Below are positions 26,527 to 40,181 of a stretch of 64,000 bases of DNA, piece after piece. This stretch comes from Phoronis australis. Lineage: Eukaryota; Animalia; Phoronida. Made by a program: the position numbers and the translations under genes. The DNA is taken from assembly GCA_002633005.1 (NCBI GenBank), contig NMRA01000109.1, positions 919,122-983,121 on the forward strand, read 5' to 3'. The notes below the pieces were generated by a model. It saw only the letters and a list, made by a program, of their open reading frames with translations. It ran no database searches and was not told where the DNA came from. Each line of letters starts with the position of its first letter. The first letter of the stretch is position 1.

Positions 26527-26764
26527 TTAAAGTTACTCTTTTCACTTCTCTTCAGTGAAAAACGAATTTGAATTCTGAAATGATTCTACAACTAATTAAA
26601 TATTTTCAAAATCACCAGACTTAAATATAGAATTTTCAAAACAATTTTTGAATTTCTGGTGCTTCACCAACAAAATGGCTGCCATCGTTCACAACTTCGC
26701 TCTCTATGCATTGCCAATTAAAAAACACAATGTCCTTAAAGTGATCTGAAAACATTGCTAGAGT

Positions 26765-27245
26765 ATACAGGAGTCAGTGGGACGTAGCCCCACGAAATCT
26801 CTCCGTTTACCAAGGAACGCTTAGTACCTGGGGGTCCTCCAAAGTTTTGAGAAGAATTGGGTGTCAGAAATAGGAGAAGAGGTGCAAACAGGGTGAAGAG
26901 AAATATACAGTGGTTCCAGCAGGATGGTGCTACCCCTCATACAGCCACTGGCACTCTGGACTAGCTGGACACCAAGTTCCCTGGTCTTCTCATCAGCCCT
27001 AGGCGCAATCTAGAATGGGCGCCTCATTACCCTGCTCTGAACCCCCAGATTTTTGCTTTTGGGGATATCTTAATGACAAGGTATACAAGGACAACCCCAG
27101 GACCATTCCAGATCTCAAGGAAGCAATCACCAGAGAATTCCAAGCAATATCAAAGGAGGAGTGCTGCAGTATCATGAATCACTTTGCTCGGAGAATCCAA
27201 GTGTGCCTCCAGCAGAACGGCTCCCATCTGGAGCATATTATGTAA
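26765..27245 (+). pseudogene. Tc1/mariner (mariner-like DDxD) transposase remnant
   Basis: ESVGRSPTKS, WFQQDGATPHTA, EWAPH.P.LNPPDFCFWGYLNDKVY..NPRTIPDLKEAI...FARRIQVCLQQNGSHLEH; internal deletion, stop and frameshift. Confidence 0.85.
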
Positions 27246-28189
27246 ATGACGATTACTTTGTAGCCAGTAAAGCTGGAGACTTCTAGTTTTCGGTATTAGA
27301 TTTCTTATCTTCTCTAGTTTCCCACAATGTATGGTTTATATACATGGTGTGTACAAAAGGTGTACTCACACTTTATCCGGTATCATAAACTCGTGTCCGT
27401 ACAATGTATATAAATTCATTAAACTAATATACCGGTATTTCAAAAAAAATATACCGAACAACTTGTTATGTTTTCTCAGCTTTTCAACTTGTTCCTGTAC
27501 GCGTTTACTCGTCTAAATGGCGTTTGTTGTATGGTTGACCTATGAGAGATAATACGACCTTCATAACAGAAATAGAATTGATGGGTTGACTGATTGATGA
27601 TTTCGATTCCGAATTGCTGAACACTAAATTTATAGCCCTCAGAATACCTGAAAACGTTGGGGACCTCTGTTGTATAATTTGAGGTTATTCTTAGAATTGA
27701 GTAAATATTCTAAGTAAGCTTTAACCTGTCTGCTTTTCCTCCTTCAAAAGGATTGTTTCGAAGAATTTTCAAGCGTGGTAATTTCAAAAAGAAACTACTG
27801 GGTTAGTTCTAGGAAGCAGGTTTCCGGGTTAATTTCAAAGTGTAACTGGGATATTTTTCTAAGAATTGAACTGTACATATTAACCCATGAGACATAAGGG
27901 GCTCAGCTTGGTATTGTTGTATTTCCCGGTATTATTGATTGTCTTGGGCGTGATCTGCACGGAAAGCGGATTTATTGGACATAATAATTAGAGTTCGTGG
28001 AAGACAGGGAATTTATTTATCATTTCCTTTTCACACACTGAGTGTGAAAGCCACTGGCTTCCCTCAGCTGCTGCTAGGAACCAGTGACTGGTTCCTAGGC
28101 TGCTCCAAGTTCACGTGTGTACTCTCGTTGTCACCTACCTGTCACAAATGGTTCCATGTCGTACCGAATTGCCATCTTTCGTGAAACAG

Positions 28190-28373
28190 GGGCCTGTTTC
28201 ATTGAAATGTTGTAACGTTGCTACGTCTTTTCTAATACCAATGTGTTATACTACACTCAAGTTTTTAACATAGAGTCTAAATCAAGGCTTACAACTAGTC
28301 ATTACAAATTTCGACAAAAGCTTTTGTTTGGACTCTCGTAAACTTGCGCCATTTCAATAAAAGAAACAGGCCC
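28190..28373. mobile_element. Tourist/Harbinger-like MITE
   Basis: GGGCCTGTTTCATTGAAATG ... CATTTCAAT(aaaa)GAAACAGGCCC inverted termini. Confidence 0.55.
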
Positions 28374-28594
28374 GTGGAAATAGAAATTTTCATTGCGGTT
28401 TTTATAACTAAAGACACTATCAACCACGTTCTAGCTGATGTTGAATATGTCGGCATATAGGGATCCTCTGCTTGAATTAAAATTGGTTAGTAATAAATCG
28501 CCTGTTATTCCCCTGGCGGTCATACTGAAATTAACCCGACGTGACCATCATTTGTATTGTATCTGATCTGACGCAATGACAACCTTTTAGTTCT

Positions 28595-30075
28595 TCTCAA
28601 ACTCAAAACTTTATTTCCATGATGAAACATTTATTAACTCAAACAACCAGTACATAGTTGTGCAACAATATGAAATCTAGTTAAGTGTACATCAAACAAA
28701 TTACGAACGTTATCGGACCCTATAAAAGCTAGTTAGGCGAAAAAGAAGACCACCTTGCCTGAAATCTCTCAAGATCCAATTTATCATTGTAAATATTTTT
28801 TTCAGGTTGTAGTAATCACATACCTCACGTAAAAATGACTGAAAATTGGGCTTAGCCTTTTGTAGTCTTTGTCTATATAAATGAAATTTCGCTAAGCAAA
28901 GAATTAAATTTACAACTTCTAATCTACAGGCTGGGTTTCCAAACAAGGCGGAAGACATATTTAACTGCAGAGGGAAATTGCACTGATCCATGTTTTTAAA
29001 CATCCTCAAAACTTCTGAACAAGTGAACATTCCCAATACAAATGTAGAATTGTGTCTTCATGTTGCTCACAGAAAGAACACAAAGACGATTCACTAACAC
29101 CTATTTTCTTTAAATAAGAGTTTGTACCAATAAGTCTGTGGTTGATACGGAATTTAAACCATCTGAGTCTGACATCGGAAGTACAATGATAAATTACAGA
29201 ATGAATTTTTTCCAAGATTGAGTATCATCGCATAAGTTAATTTCTCTCTCCCACTTCAATTCTGCGACATGGTTTACATACAATTTAGAAATGAATAATT
29301 CATAGATTTTCCCCGTCCCTTTATTTTCCGAGGAGATTCGAAAAATATGTTCTGGAAAAAGTGGAGTGACTATAGTACCCTTGTCTTTTAGATGATTCCA
29401 AGAACGAAGTAATGAACTTCGAATTCCATAAAAATGAGTAATACAAGGACAACATTGAAAACGTGTACAAAAGGTATGATAATCATAAATATAGCCTTTA
29501 TCAGGGTCAATTAAATCAATGAAATTTTGGGGTTATACCTCAAAGGTTGGTACAAAGGATCATCTATCTCACACAGATTGATAAATTCGTATAAGATATA
29601 AAAAATATCCTTCCAAAAATATTCTTAGTACGGTTAGATGCTTCAAGGAAAAAACAAGAACCTAACTGAAAAGAGTCATTTTTTATATTAGGAATAATTT
29701 CACATAAAATATTTAGCCAAGGAGAAGTATTGTTATAATAATTTTTGAAGAATCTTCGAATCCAAGTTAGTTTAATAGCTTTGACAAATGACGCAATATG
29801 GACCATATTCCCACCTCCATCTTCAGATTTCTGTACCATGGTTTTTCTAGAGATTCTATCAGAAGAGGTACCCCATATAAAATTAAAAAAATATTTTTTC
29901 AATGTCCTTAAAATGTAGCACTTGGAAGAGGAAGTATGTAAAAAAAGTGAATCAGTTTTGGTAATAAAAAAGATTTGACAACCGTTATCTTACTAGTTTA
30001 AGTGAATCATGTCCTGTAAGTTGACAGAGAAGGTAATTCCAAGAGATGTGAACTGGGAACTTGCCCATTTTAAAT
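28595..30075 (-). mobile_element. L1/Tx1-clade non-LTR retrotransposon remnant (3' part of ORF2)
   Basis: FTSLGITFS, KITVVKSFLLPKLIH, FFNFIWG..RISR...KSEDGG, zf-RVT region RWFKFRINHRLIGTN..CSFCEQHEDTILHLYWEC; AATAAA then a short TTGAGT-type tail at about 28615-28595. 30080-30360 may be decayed ORF1. Confidence 0.88.
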
Positions 30076-30957
30076 CTTTTTCACAGCAAAACTTTAACGA
30101 ATACACTCAACTCACTGGCACTTCCCACGCATTGCCTTGGAAATATACTAATTCTACCACGACTCGAATCTTGCATTTTCCTAAAGAATGGCACCAGTGC
30201 ACGTACTCATAGATTTACTCACGTTGATACGAGAAATCTGTTTGTTTTGAGGATTGGCCTTGTTGGCACTCCCGTTCCTCTTATCGACCCGACTCAGCAT
30301 ACCAAGGTCATAGTATCGTGTACAATCTTTACAATGTCTTTACCCTCTTGTTGTGGTGATAATTAACAGAAAACCTAAGGCGCCTTAAACCTGCGTATAT
30401 ATTTTGAGCTACAAAAATCATAAGTCGTTTTAGTTTCTGTTATTGTTTTTGAAAATGGAGTCGGAAGTGGGGTATTTTTCAGTTGCTCAGTTTTTCTAAA
30501 AGAAAAACCACCTGAGACGAGCAAAAATGATGCAGGGTTTGTTTGTTTTTCTTATCTTTTGGGAAATCGTGTCATTTTAAACCTTCTACCATAATTCAGT
30601 TACGTACTTTTGTGCAGCGTTTCAAAAAACACACGAAATCTTGGCTGGTATAAAAATGAATCGGAGCTAAGTCCAGAACCAACTTTTGCTTTTTTGCCTA
30701 AACGGGCGACCGCTGGCCGAGCTCAAACCATTCGCTGAGTGATCGATGTCTGTGATGAAGAAATCGGTCCGGTGGCAAAAAAAAAATTTCTAACGGTGTC
30801 CAAAGTGCTGATTTTTATGCGACGTCCGGACGACGCTGCTTATAATCCAACCAACTGCCGGTCGACAAGACCATTTCAAGCGCGGAAACTTCTCGGATGA
30901 GCGTTGGGAGCTTCATGTGGCCGAGCCAATAGGAACTCAGACCAGTCATATAAATAT

Positions 30958-31019
30958 GTTCCCTGCGTGCTCAGCCCAGCCAGCACGGCTACCGCCCCAC
31001 CTAGCGGCACGCAGGGAAC
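30958..31019. mobile_element. 62-bp element with 13-bp inverted ends
   Basis: GTTCCCTGCGTGC ... GCACGCAGGGAAC. Confidence 0.55.
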
Positions 31020-31619
31020 CAGCGAGATAAAGATGAATGACTAAAAGTTAAAATATCTTTTTACAGGAAGCAGTACGTACCGGCAACAATTGCATAAAGT
31101 AGCTACGGGGATTCGGACCGATTGATATGACGCCAAGATATAATTCGTTCTAGCGCTTTCTGTATTTAACTCTTATTATTGTAAGTTGTATTTTTCATAA
31201 CAAACATTAAAAAAAACCCCGTCAAGTTCCATATTGTTCCACGGCGTGCATTTTCCTTAAGTTTCCATCACTAGGGCACGATTCAACTTGTAGCTGTAAT
31301 ATCAGGAAGGCATTACCAGCCACTGTGGTAACGCCTTCCTGCTAATACCAATGTCAGTCAGTGACTGGAATTTTGAAGAAAATTACATAATCATGCCGCC
31401 AAACAAGTAGTCTTTTCTCATTACCAACACGTTAACAAATACAAACTCAAACTGCCTCCAAACTTGGCCTATATGCAGAACTGAAATTTTGACAGTCCTG
31501 CTGTTCAGCGCCACCAGTCAGCCAAGGAGCTCTCATTTTACGACCTTCCATCTTGCACCACCATGCACTACTTTCCACGATCGTGTCATGTTCCAGATGG
31601 TGCTCATGTTAGATCTAAT

Positions 31620-32824
31620 CATAGGGGGATTTAGGGGGAGGGGGCAGGGGGGCCCCGGCCCCCACCCTTAGCTGCCGCAAAATAATAAAACAGCAAGAGC
31701 GTAGGGAAATGTTGAGTTTATTAATTAACACCGGTAATTAACAGTATACGACTGCAACAAGATTGAAATGTGTGCAGTTTTAGTCTGTTTGTGGGGGGGG
31801 GGGGGTTAGATCCAATTTCAAGTGTCAAATTCGGAACACGGCGCAATCGTAACAGAACTATGGCTAAGTGTAGGCTCTCCCGCAATATCCCAGACGACCG
31901 GCAGTGGCGCTGCGCACTACGACTCCGTTTCCGTCGTCTGCTTCACTGTGCAATGAAGAAAAATTACTTCATTTTTTAAAGAAATTTTAATCTGAGTGAC
32001 GATGAAAAAACAGAAGCTGCTGGTAAGATGCGAATTTTAATCGAAACCTTAGTGAATCACTCAGAAATTCATAATTCTCGCTTTGTCAAACCTTAACTTA
32101 AGACGATTTCCAAAGCAATCGCGTGATTAATGCCAACACAAAAAACGGATTTGGTCTCTTGGGCAATTGAAAACTATTTTGAATACAACAAATTTGTTAC
32201 GAACTGATTGGACAGAATATAAAAAGTGTCATAAGCATTACAAAAAGAAGTAGGTTTCGCGCGCAAACGCTGTGGACCATAAACAAGNCGTTGTTCAATG
32301 CTAGTCGCTGATCTCTTGTGTTCAACCCATGATGTCACATGGCGGGAAATGTGAAAATTGGCAAAATTGAAAGAGAAATCAAAATTTCGAGCTAATAACA
32401 CAAAAAAATCATGGATTTGGCTTAATTTTATGTCATACACTTAGTCTGTGACCACCGGTAATTCGAAATGTGCAAAAATCCATGGTGTGTACTGTTTAAG
32501 AGTGAAATCGTGGTGGTGCAGTGGTAGAGCACGCGCTCTCTCTTCGCCAGGTCGTGAATTCGAGTCTGTGGTAATTGCAGTTTTTCAAGTTTGACACGTT
32601 CTCCGTGTTTTTTTTTCTTTGCCTTTTCTCTTGGATAATACTTCAGGAATCAAGGAAATGCTTGATTTTTAGAGGAAAAAACAGAAAAATTTTCCTGGAG
32701 GGAGGGGGGAAAACCACCTCCCGACCTTCCCACATTAGGTGCTATGCGCATCTACAATCGTGCTTTGCGCAAATGTTTACAGACAAAATGTTGCCCCCCC
32801 TGTGATATCCTAGATCCGCCACTG
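31620..32824. mobile_element. 1.2-kb non-autonomous hAT-like element with 5-bp TSD
   Basis: CTAAT|CATAGGGGGATTTAGG...CCTAGATCCGCCACTG|CTAAT; same end types as 16788-17104. Confidence 0.75.
32511..32571 (+). repeat. tRNA-derived fragment (SINE-head-like)
   Basis: A-box-like TGGTGCAGTGGTAGAGCAC and degenerate B-box GAATTCGAGTC; no intact cloverleaf. Confidence 0.45.
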
Positions 32825-33695
32825 CTAATACAAATCATGTTTTAAATCTATTGCTTCATCGTGGAACTGTCAGTGTAGCAAAGAACTAATTTGGTACTAT
32901 AAAATCTTCCCTTTTTCGCTTTTCATGGTCTTCTAATGTTATTTCGGCAATTTTTAAAAATATAGTTTGATGGTAGCTATGGTGCAGAACCTGAACATGG
33001 TAAATCAATGATTTGTTGCTACATATCGTTTATGAAAAATGACAAAATAAAATTTCACTTGTCCAACATCTTGTATCAAAATCTGTGAGACTTTATCGTG
33101 CACGAAATAAAATCTCCACTTCCAGTTCAAGCGAACGAATAAAAGATGCCCCTTCCAGAAGAATTATTATTTAGCAGGTAAAACGTTGATGCACATGACA
33201 CCATTTTCAAGAGATCGGAAATTCAGAAAGAAGACGGCTTGCTCGGTTTGCGAATATCGCTGTGCTTAGTGAATCGAGGCTCCGACGCGCGAAGAAATCG
33301 CTGGGAAGACCACCTCAGTAGCCCAATTAGATGAACTTCAATCATTGGCGTTACTGTAAAGATAATCTTTATGGCAGTAATCCATTGTTCCTCTTAACAC
33401 ATGAGATCGAGTTCAGGCAAATCCTGTCGACGCTTGCAAAACAGACTCTTCTGAACTTAACAGTTCGACTACGGGGACACATGCTCCGTCGCAGTGTGAT
33501 TCATGATCTCTGCGTGTCCTGAATGCTAAATTTTTAATTTGGTGTAGAGCTACTGAGCATCCATTATTAAATAAAATCTCATTTCATGTCCATAACTTTA
33601 ATTTCTTGTGTGTTATTTCATCTTTTCAAGTGTTACCTTTTCGAAACCTCAGTTAATACTTGAATTTGTCATTTTTCCTCTAGATTGTCATCACA

Positions 33696-34106
33696 ATGGC
33701 TGAAGAAGTTCCCAACTACAACGCTGGCATGGGAAAAGGTCTGGGCATAGCGCACATAGTCCTCGGAGGGATTTGTTTCGTGTGCGGTATTGTCGTTCTC
33801 GTAATTTACGGCACTTTGTGGTCCTATATCACTGGAGCCTGCGAAATATGGTTGCCGATAATTTTCATCGCCACCGGAATTCTGGGTGTAGCAGCTTCGC
33901 GTTCGTCCACCAGGAATTTGATAATGGCTTACATGGTGCTTTCCATTATTTCTTGTGTGGGCTCGCTCGGACTGTTCGTAGCTGGATGTCGCTTTGCACC
34001 TCTTCTCAGCGTTCACATTGCAATTTTGATTTTCGGCTTTGCAGAATTTGTCGTCGCCGTAATGTCATCCGTCATCACTGGTCGTGCGGTTTGCAGCAAC
34101 CAGTAA
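33696..34106 (+). CDS. MS4A/CD20-like four-transmembrane protein, paralog 1 (136 aa)
   Basis: Four hydrophobic helices; LGIAHIVLG, GACEIWLPIIFIATGILGVAA and LIMAYMVLSIIS fit the CD20-like pattern; acceptor ttcctctAG 12 nt before the ATG; homologous to 43133 and 53813. Confidence 0.85.
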   Translation: MAEEVPNYNAGMGKGLGIAHIVLGGICFVCGIVVLVIYGTLWSYITGACEIWLPIIFIATGILGVAASRSSTRNLIMAYMVLSIISCVGSLGLFVAGCRFAPLLSVHIAILIFGFAEFVVAVMSSVITGRAVCSNQ

Positions 34107-35219
34107 TTTACAGAATGCCGACTGTCTTCTCGGAACAATTAATGTAAAATGCACTCAACATATAAAACGCTTGGGATTTGTCGAACTATTATGTTCATCT
34201 GTAGATCACTAAAACATGTTAACAAGAACTTGTCTTGATAAAGGGAACTCAGGCTTGTAAATCAGTGAACATACATAACATTCATTTAGATAAGTGCCAG
34301 ATTATGTAGCCAGAGCAAAGGCAAAGGGTAAATTGCAACGGACCTCCTCCAAGAGGCGTGCCTTTTAGGAGGAGAGTCACATAACAAAGAATATTGTTTT
34401 GAAATGGCGGAAGCGTGACAGCTGATTCTATTATGTTAATAAAAACAACGATGGTTTGAAATCGACTTGATTCTATAGTCGAGACACTCTGAGATCACAG
34501 AAACGGCACTGTAGCGTCAAGTTATTAAACCATTAGATTTCATCCGAGTTATAACAGTCTACAAGAGAAACAATTGGTGTGGAGGGAGTGAACAGAAATT
34601 TCCCACAAAGTTCTTTCCCAGAAGGCGTTTCTTGCATGTGCCACTCAGACGGATGACTTTTGCTTGACCAGTTTCTCCATGAAGGGTGGCGTTCCCGATT
34701 TGTTATCAAGCAAAAGAGTTCAATCTATGGGGTAAAAACTCTACAAAAGAGTCTCTTTTCAACAGAACGCGCAGGTGGGCACAGTTATCAAGTTAGGTAT
34801 GCGTTTAACAAAGACTGCTGTGTGTATGAAAGATTGTTTTCGAAGCGGCCGCAAACCTGTCAATCGTCACAAAAACCAATTTCGATCTAGGTCCGTAACC
34901 GTTCATTGTAAAATTGGTCTAGAGTTGTTCTTTAGCCGATAAAAGTATTTTTCTTGCCGTTGGAAAGAACTGACAATTTGCTTCTGCCTCAGACCACGCC
35001 CTGAAAGTTGACTAATTGCCACGACGTGCCATTTTATTCGCCGAACACGATCTCAAAGAATATCCAAGTGTTAATTCTTTGCAAGACCAAAAAGTCCCTT
35101 CTCATCTGAGTAAGAAACAAGCTGAAATCAATTCATAACGATATTAGTGGTCTAAATCTAAATTGACAAAAATTTCCACTTTTAAATTAAAATGTACCAA
35201 GTCTTAAGTACCGTTGTGC

Positions 35220-35650
35220 TTCTAATGATAGACTCAACTGGTTTCAATTACGTACATAAATTAATTCGTGCAAACTCTTAAAGTTGTGAGTTTCGCCAAT
35301 TGTCTTTGCACTCTTACTGCGAGCAAAAGAAAGAATCGATATATTTGAAATGTTGACTTGTCACTACGTGCCATTATAGTTGCCGGGCATGATCTCAAAG
35401 AAAAAACAATTGTAAGTTCTTTGCAAGATCAAAGAGGTCTTATATTAATTAGTACAAACTCTTACTTACACAAAAGTGTTGGTGTTTGCGAGTTGCCTTC
35501 TCATTTTTACTGTGAGCTGAAGAAAGAAACATTGTTACATTCATACTCGGAATGTTCATTTGTTCAGGAATTTCGACATCGTTTAGAATCATAGCTGATG
35601 GACCAGTCTAATCTGCCTTGTTTGTATTTTCACCCTATTAAATTAATGCT
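35220..35650 (+). mobile_element. Old L1/Tx1 zf-RVT fragments, locally duplicated
   Basis: LISTNSYLHKSVGVCELPSHFYCELKKETLLHSYSECSFVQEF resembles the zf-RVT at 29006-29215; 35005-35100 recurs at about 35350-35440. Confidence 0.6.
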
Positions 35651-37389
35651 CTGCTTAGAAAAATGCTAAACTCGATTTTCATGTATTCTTGCGTGAAGCT
35701 TTTTGAATATAGCAACCTGGAACATTTTATTAACTATTTAAGTTGACTCCTGAAACCTGTGTTTTACACAGGGTTTAGTACTACAAATGTGTTTATTTGA
35801 ATTAGGTTGTTGTTCCTGGAACTGTTGGATGATGCAGCAAACTTCCTGTTAAAAATGTAGCGGAAAAAACACATGCGTCATGGAGGCCTATAATCGCACA
35901 AGCACTTAACAAACGTGTCCCATTCAAGAACACTAATTCTCTAGACACGTTGAGTATATCGTACTCCGACGCTTTGAAAGGATGCGTATCCCAACACTGT
36001 AATATTCCAGAGGTACTGGTGCATCTGTAAAAATAGTGAAGCGCTTATCCACCGTAAAGCTGGATACAAAAGCGGAAACATAGGACTACAACTAGCACGC
36101 TGCTTTTTACTGTGAGTAATGGAATTTCATTTCGTCCACATCGCCACTGAAAAAATTACTAACAAACTTTTGTTACAAATTAATGCAAGTGATTGACTCA
36201 AAACTATACACATTTCCGCAAGATCGTCGATTAACGACACATTCAATTTTTCTGGGACAATTTGCAGAAGAGCGCAAGTCTGATCTTCGGCTGTCAAACG
36301 TTTACATCCCGTTCTGCGTTATCGGGTTCGTATGCAACGTTCAGAAACCACTCTTATGCACTGTCCTCCTAAACGGTGTTAGGAATTATTTTCAAAACTG
36401 TCCACTTTTGCATGAGAGGCTATCAAAAATAACTGTTAAGATTATAATAAAAAATGAAAAATTGCATAAAACGAAAAGAAATTAATACTTTAGAAAACTG
36501 CAGCTGCTTTTTGAGATTTTCATCTTGAAAATTTACATCGAACGAAATTTAGTCACGGTAATGATATCGCTGTTTTTCTATAGATGTAATTTTCTTCTTT
36601 GTTAAATTTTAGTTTAAAAAGACATGATCACGAGATCCAAAGGATAACAGACTAGTATAAAGTCAAACATCAGATTCTACAAGCTTTCTGCTCTCATAAA
36701 ATATAAATATATTTACTGATACTTGGCTAAATACACCGACTCGTCGATGATGTCCAACAAAGACTTTTATCAAAACGCATCATAAATACTAAGAAGTGGA
36801 CATGTGGCCCAGTGTTAGTTGACCTGAATTTTAATCGACGCTAATTTTCAGGCCAAAGAAGTTATTCGCAGCAACTATGAGAACAGATCATTTCTTTAAA
36901 GTTACATTTAAATTAAAAATCTTATCTTTCAACTGTTAATTTAAAAGTAACAAAATTTCCACAACTAAAAATCATTAAATGCACAGTCCTCAGGAAAAGT
37001 GCTCCTATTCGGAATGGATTCAACACCTCGTTGAGACTTGTACATGAAGAGCCACACGTGAATCAATGAGATGAATGAGCAATGTTTGGTATTGATGCTG
37101 TAAAGGTGAATACCGTTGGTCCTTAATTTCGGGTAGAAATTAAGCAAGAAGAACACCGAGGTCCTGGACAGGACCGCTTTGTTTCACTCCTCAAACAGAA
37201 CTAGTCAACGCACAGCAGGACACAACCCACGTAAAACCCATTTCTGGTTTACCTAACAATGATTAGTATACAAAGCCAAGGTGATCCAATGTTTACATGA
37301 AAATAGCGAGAGTTGCGAGAATCACAGCCACAATAACTAAAACAGCATTGCATTCAGAACACTGATTTTCTAAGAATCTTCCAATGACA

Positions 37390-37620
37390 CGATTGGCTAC
37401 TTAGGAAAAGGGAGCGACCGACTGATTGGAGGCGAGGTGGCCGAGAGGCCTATAAAGAGGTAAACTTTCCAGTTGCGTTATCTTCAACATACCTGACCGC
37501 GAAGGATTCGGGCTTTGAGGAAGGTGAACTGACATTTCATTTACCGGACAACGAAAACAGCATTCCAGAAAGGTGTTCAAATCGATTTTGTTCTCACTAA
37601 AAACGTTTTCTGGACATAAG
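37390..37620 (+). promoter_or_regulatory. Candidate TATA promoter and non-coding exon 1 of MS4A-like paralog 2
   Basis: Two inverted CCAAT boxes (GATTGG at about 37391 and 37423), TATAAAG at 37451, donor AAG|GTAATG at 37620/37621. Pairing with the acceptor at 43114 is inferred. Confidence 0.4.
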
Positions 37621-38688
37621 GTAATGTTTTGTACAAAAGACGCAGGTGTATCTATTTCGGCACTCCCACGGGGAAACAACATAGTACTGAGAAAGTAGAT
37701 CTATCATGTAACCGTTTCAATCTTTCTTATTTAGACAGTGTGGAAAGTCGATTTACAAATTCGAATAGACACACGATATTGCTTTCTGAGTTTTTACTTG
37801 TTTTTATCATTAGCGTTATTTCAGCTAAGTCATCAAAACAGATAATTATTTTCGTGTAAAATGCATCGGGCACTAAATGTGTGGACTAAATGTTTGCATT
37901 AAATATGACAGACTTAAAGGTACTTTAGAATACTTTGGTAACGGTCTTTCCTTCAAACAAGTGTTGGGAATCTGGTGAAATGCACTGCGTACGATCTTTG
38001 GTTCGTTGTGTTTCATGTAGACAAAGTAAAATCCGATCATAAAGTTTTAATTCATCTGCTGAAAGACAAAGAACTCAGGATCGTCTTTTCTTACCTAAAC
38101 ACATCCTTGGAGGCAATTTTCTAGTATTGAGCAATTACGTGCATTGGTCTACACCGTTTACTTAATGTTCTGGTCTAAACCAAGAATTTTTCTTAGAAAA
38201 CATCTTTGTGTCGGATTCGTGTTACGTAATATTTTGAAGAAAAATAAATAACCTCGTCACATTTCGTAGAATTTTGATATCGTATGATTAAATGAATATG
38301 TTTACTGAAAGATTCATAATCCAAAAACTTAAATACATATCTTCATCTTTATTATTTCCGTGATCAGTGTTTTACTGAGAATCATATGATTGAGTGAATA
38401 TTTTTAATGAAAGATTCTTAATCCAAAAACTGAATCACATATCTTTCATATTAACCATGATTTTATAAAGCATTATGTCTTCCCGACCTTAATGGCAATG
38501 TATGTCACGAAGCTGATAACCCATTTTTTAGATGGACGTTAAACTTTACTTTACGGGATCCACTCGATAGACTCCTTTCAAAAGTCCTTCATTGTTTTAG
38601 AAGAATGCACGTAACAGTTTTTATCGTTAAATGTCTTCAAGTCAGGTCAAGTTATATCTCAAGATAGAGCAAGATTTTTGTACCCCAT

Positions 38689-40181
38689 ACCCGGATTTGC
38701 AGCGCAAACGAACTACGCATTGCGCATGTGCGAGTTACTTCCTGCGCGAAGGCTCATGGGATAGCTTGTGGTCAGGCATGTCTTAAGCAGGCTGGATAGT
38801 GTGTGCATTTGGAGTGATTTGCAAACTAAAAACCATGTTTCATTTTTTTGCTTTATAATACCAAGCAAGTCCTCTCCCTCTCTCGTTCGTAAACACAACG
38901 TAGCTATTATCAGTGACCGTGTGACCGAGGGCACGACTGTCGTCATGTTCAGTATTGGGCCTATTGGCGTTGATTTCGAAATCTCCTCCGATTTCAGACA
39001 AATTGATAGTTCTTGGGTTGCTTAACTTTTGTAGCTTTCGCCGTGGATATGCTAGAGACGTTAATTTTAAGAGGAAATTCCTTCGGAATGTTGTTCTCAT
39101 ACGTCTTTTTTCCACCAGGAAAATGTTCGCTGCACACACGATGGCCCCTAGGCAATTACACCCACTGGATGCCGCAGGCATTCAGGGGCGATAGTACATC
39201 CTCACAAAAAGTTACTCATTTCAAAATACAGCAAATAAAATCAAATGAACCATACATATAGGAACACGGAGTTATAATTAACACATACCACGACTCTGGA
39301 TACAATTTAGTCGGCAAAACTTGAACAAATCGATGAAAATCTGTCGCGTTTGCTCGAGTTTCTCTCAGTTAGCGGGTGCCATTTTGAGGAAGTTACGTGA
39401 AATTACGCATGTTGACGAATAAAAAGTCTAAGAGACACACATCTTACAAGTTTCACCCGATACCTTCTCATGCTATTTTACAAGGGTCACGCACTAGCAT
39501 CACGCGATTCGCTGAGTCTCGCGCTAACCTTTGCCTAACTCACGTGATTCAGTTGACATGCTTTATGGTTATCGCGCACGCGCTGATAAAATTAACTGCA
39601 ACCAAAAAGTGATGTAATTCTTCGCCAAAGTCAACTTAATTCTCACAACTAAGCTTAAGATATGTATAGAAGTAGAAAGGACCAATGATGAAAGTAAGCG
39701 TTTTTTAAACGATTGTTTTAAGTGTAGAATGTATTTTTGACGAGGTGAAAACTCGAAATCGGTAATCCAAATCCGGTCACGACCCGTTTAAAATACACTG
39801 AAGTAACAAAATGAGTACAGAAAGCGAATGGAAGTATTGTAGGCCCTATATGGCCAACCGAGGGGCTACGTGTTGCCTACTAGATGGCTCCGCATTGGTT
39901 TGAATGCGCTAAATCTCCCCTTACTCCCAGCTCTCCTAATGTTGTCTATCCATTTTTCACGAAGTTCTTAGTTTGCAGGGAACACATAAAAACTCGGATT
40001 TTTATCTCTCTTGTTGTTTTTGAAGCAGCCAGAAACACAACAAGTGTATCCGCCGTAAGTTTTCTTCGCGCTCATACCGCGTATTATGCTTGATACTACG
40101 GCCGCCTTCGGAATCCTGACCACAGCACCCACAATGCACCATTTTAACCTAATTTCAATATGGCGTCGCTGCAAATCCGCT
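38689..40181 (-). mobile_element. THAP-bearing DNA transposon remnant (possibly ISL2EU/Harbinger-type)
   Basis: Inverted ends CGGATTTGCAGCG / CGCTGCAAATCCG flanked by AT; minus strand from 40075 reads MSAKKTYGGYTCCVSGCFKNNKRDKNPSFYVFPAN*ELREKWIDNIRR (THAP C-x4-C, FP, W). Confidence 0.65.

Noticed and set aside
32511-32571. Functional tRNA gene
   Set aside because: A-box present, but the B-box is degenerate and acceptor/anticodon stems do not pair; it lies inside a MITE.
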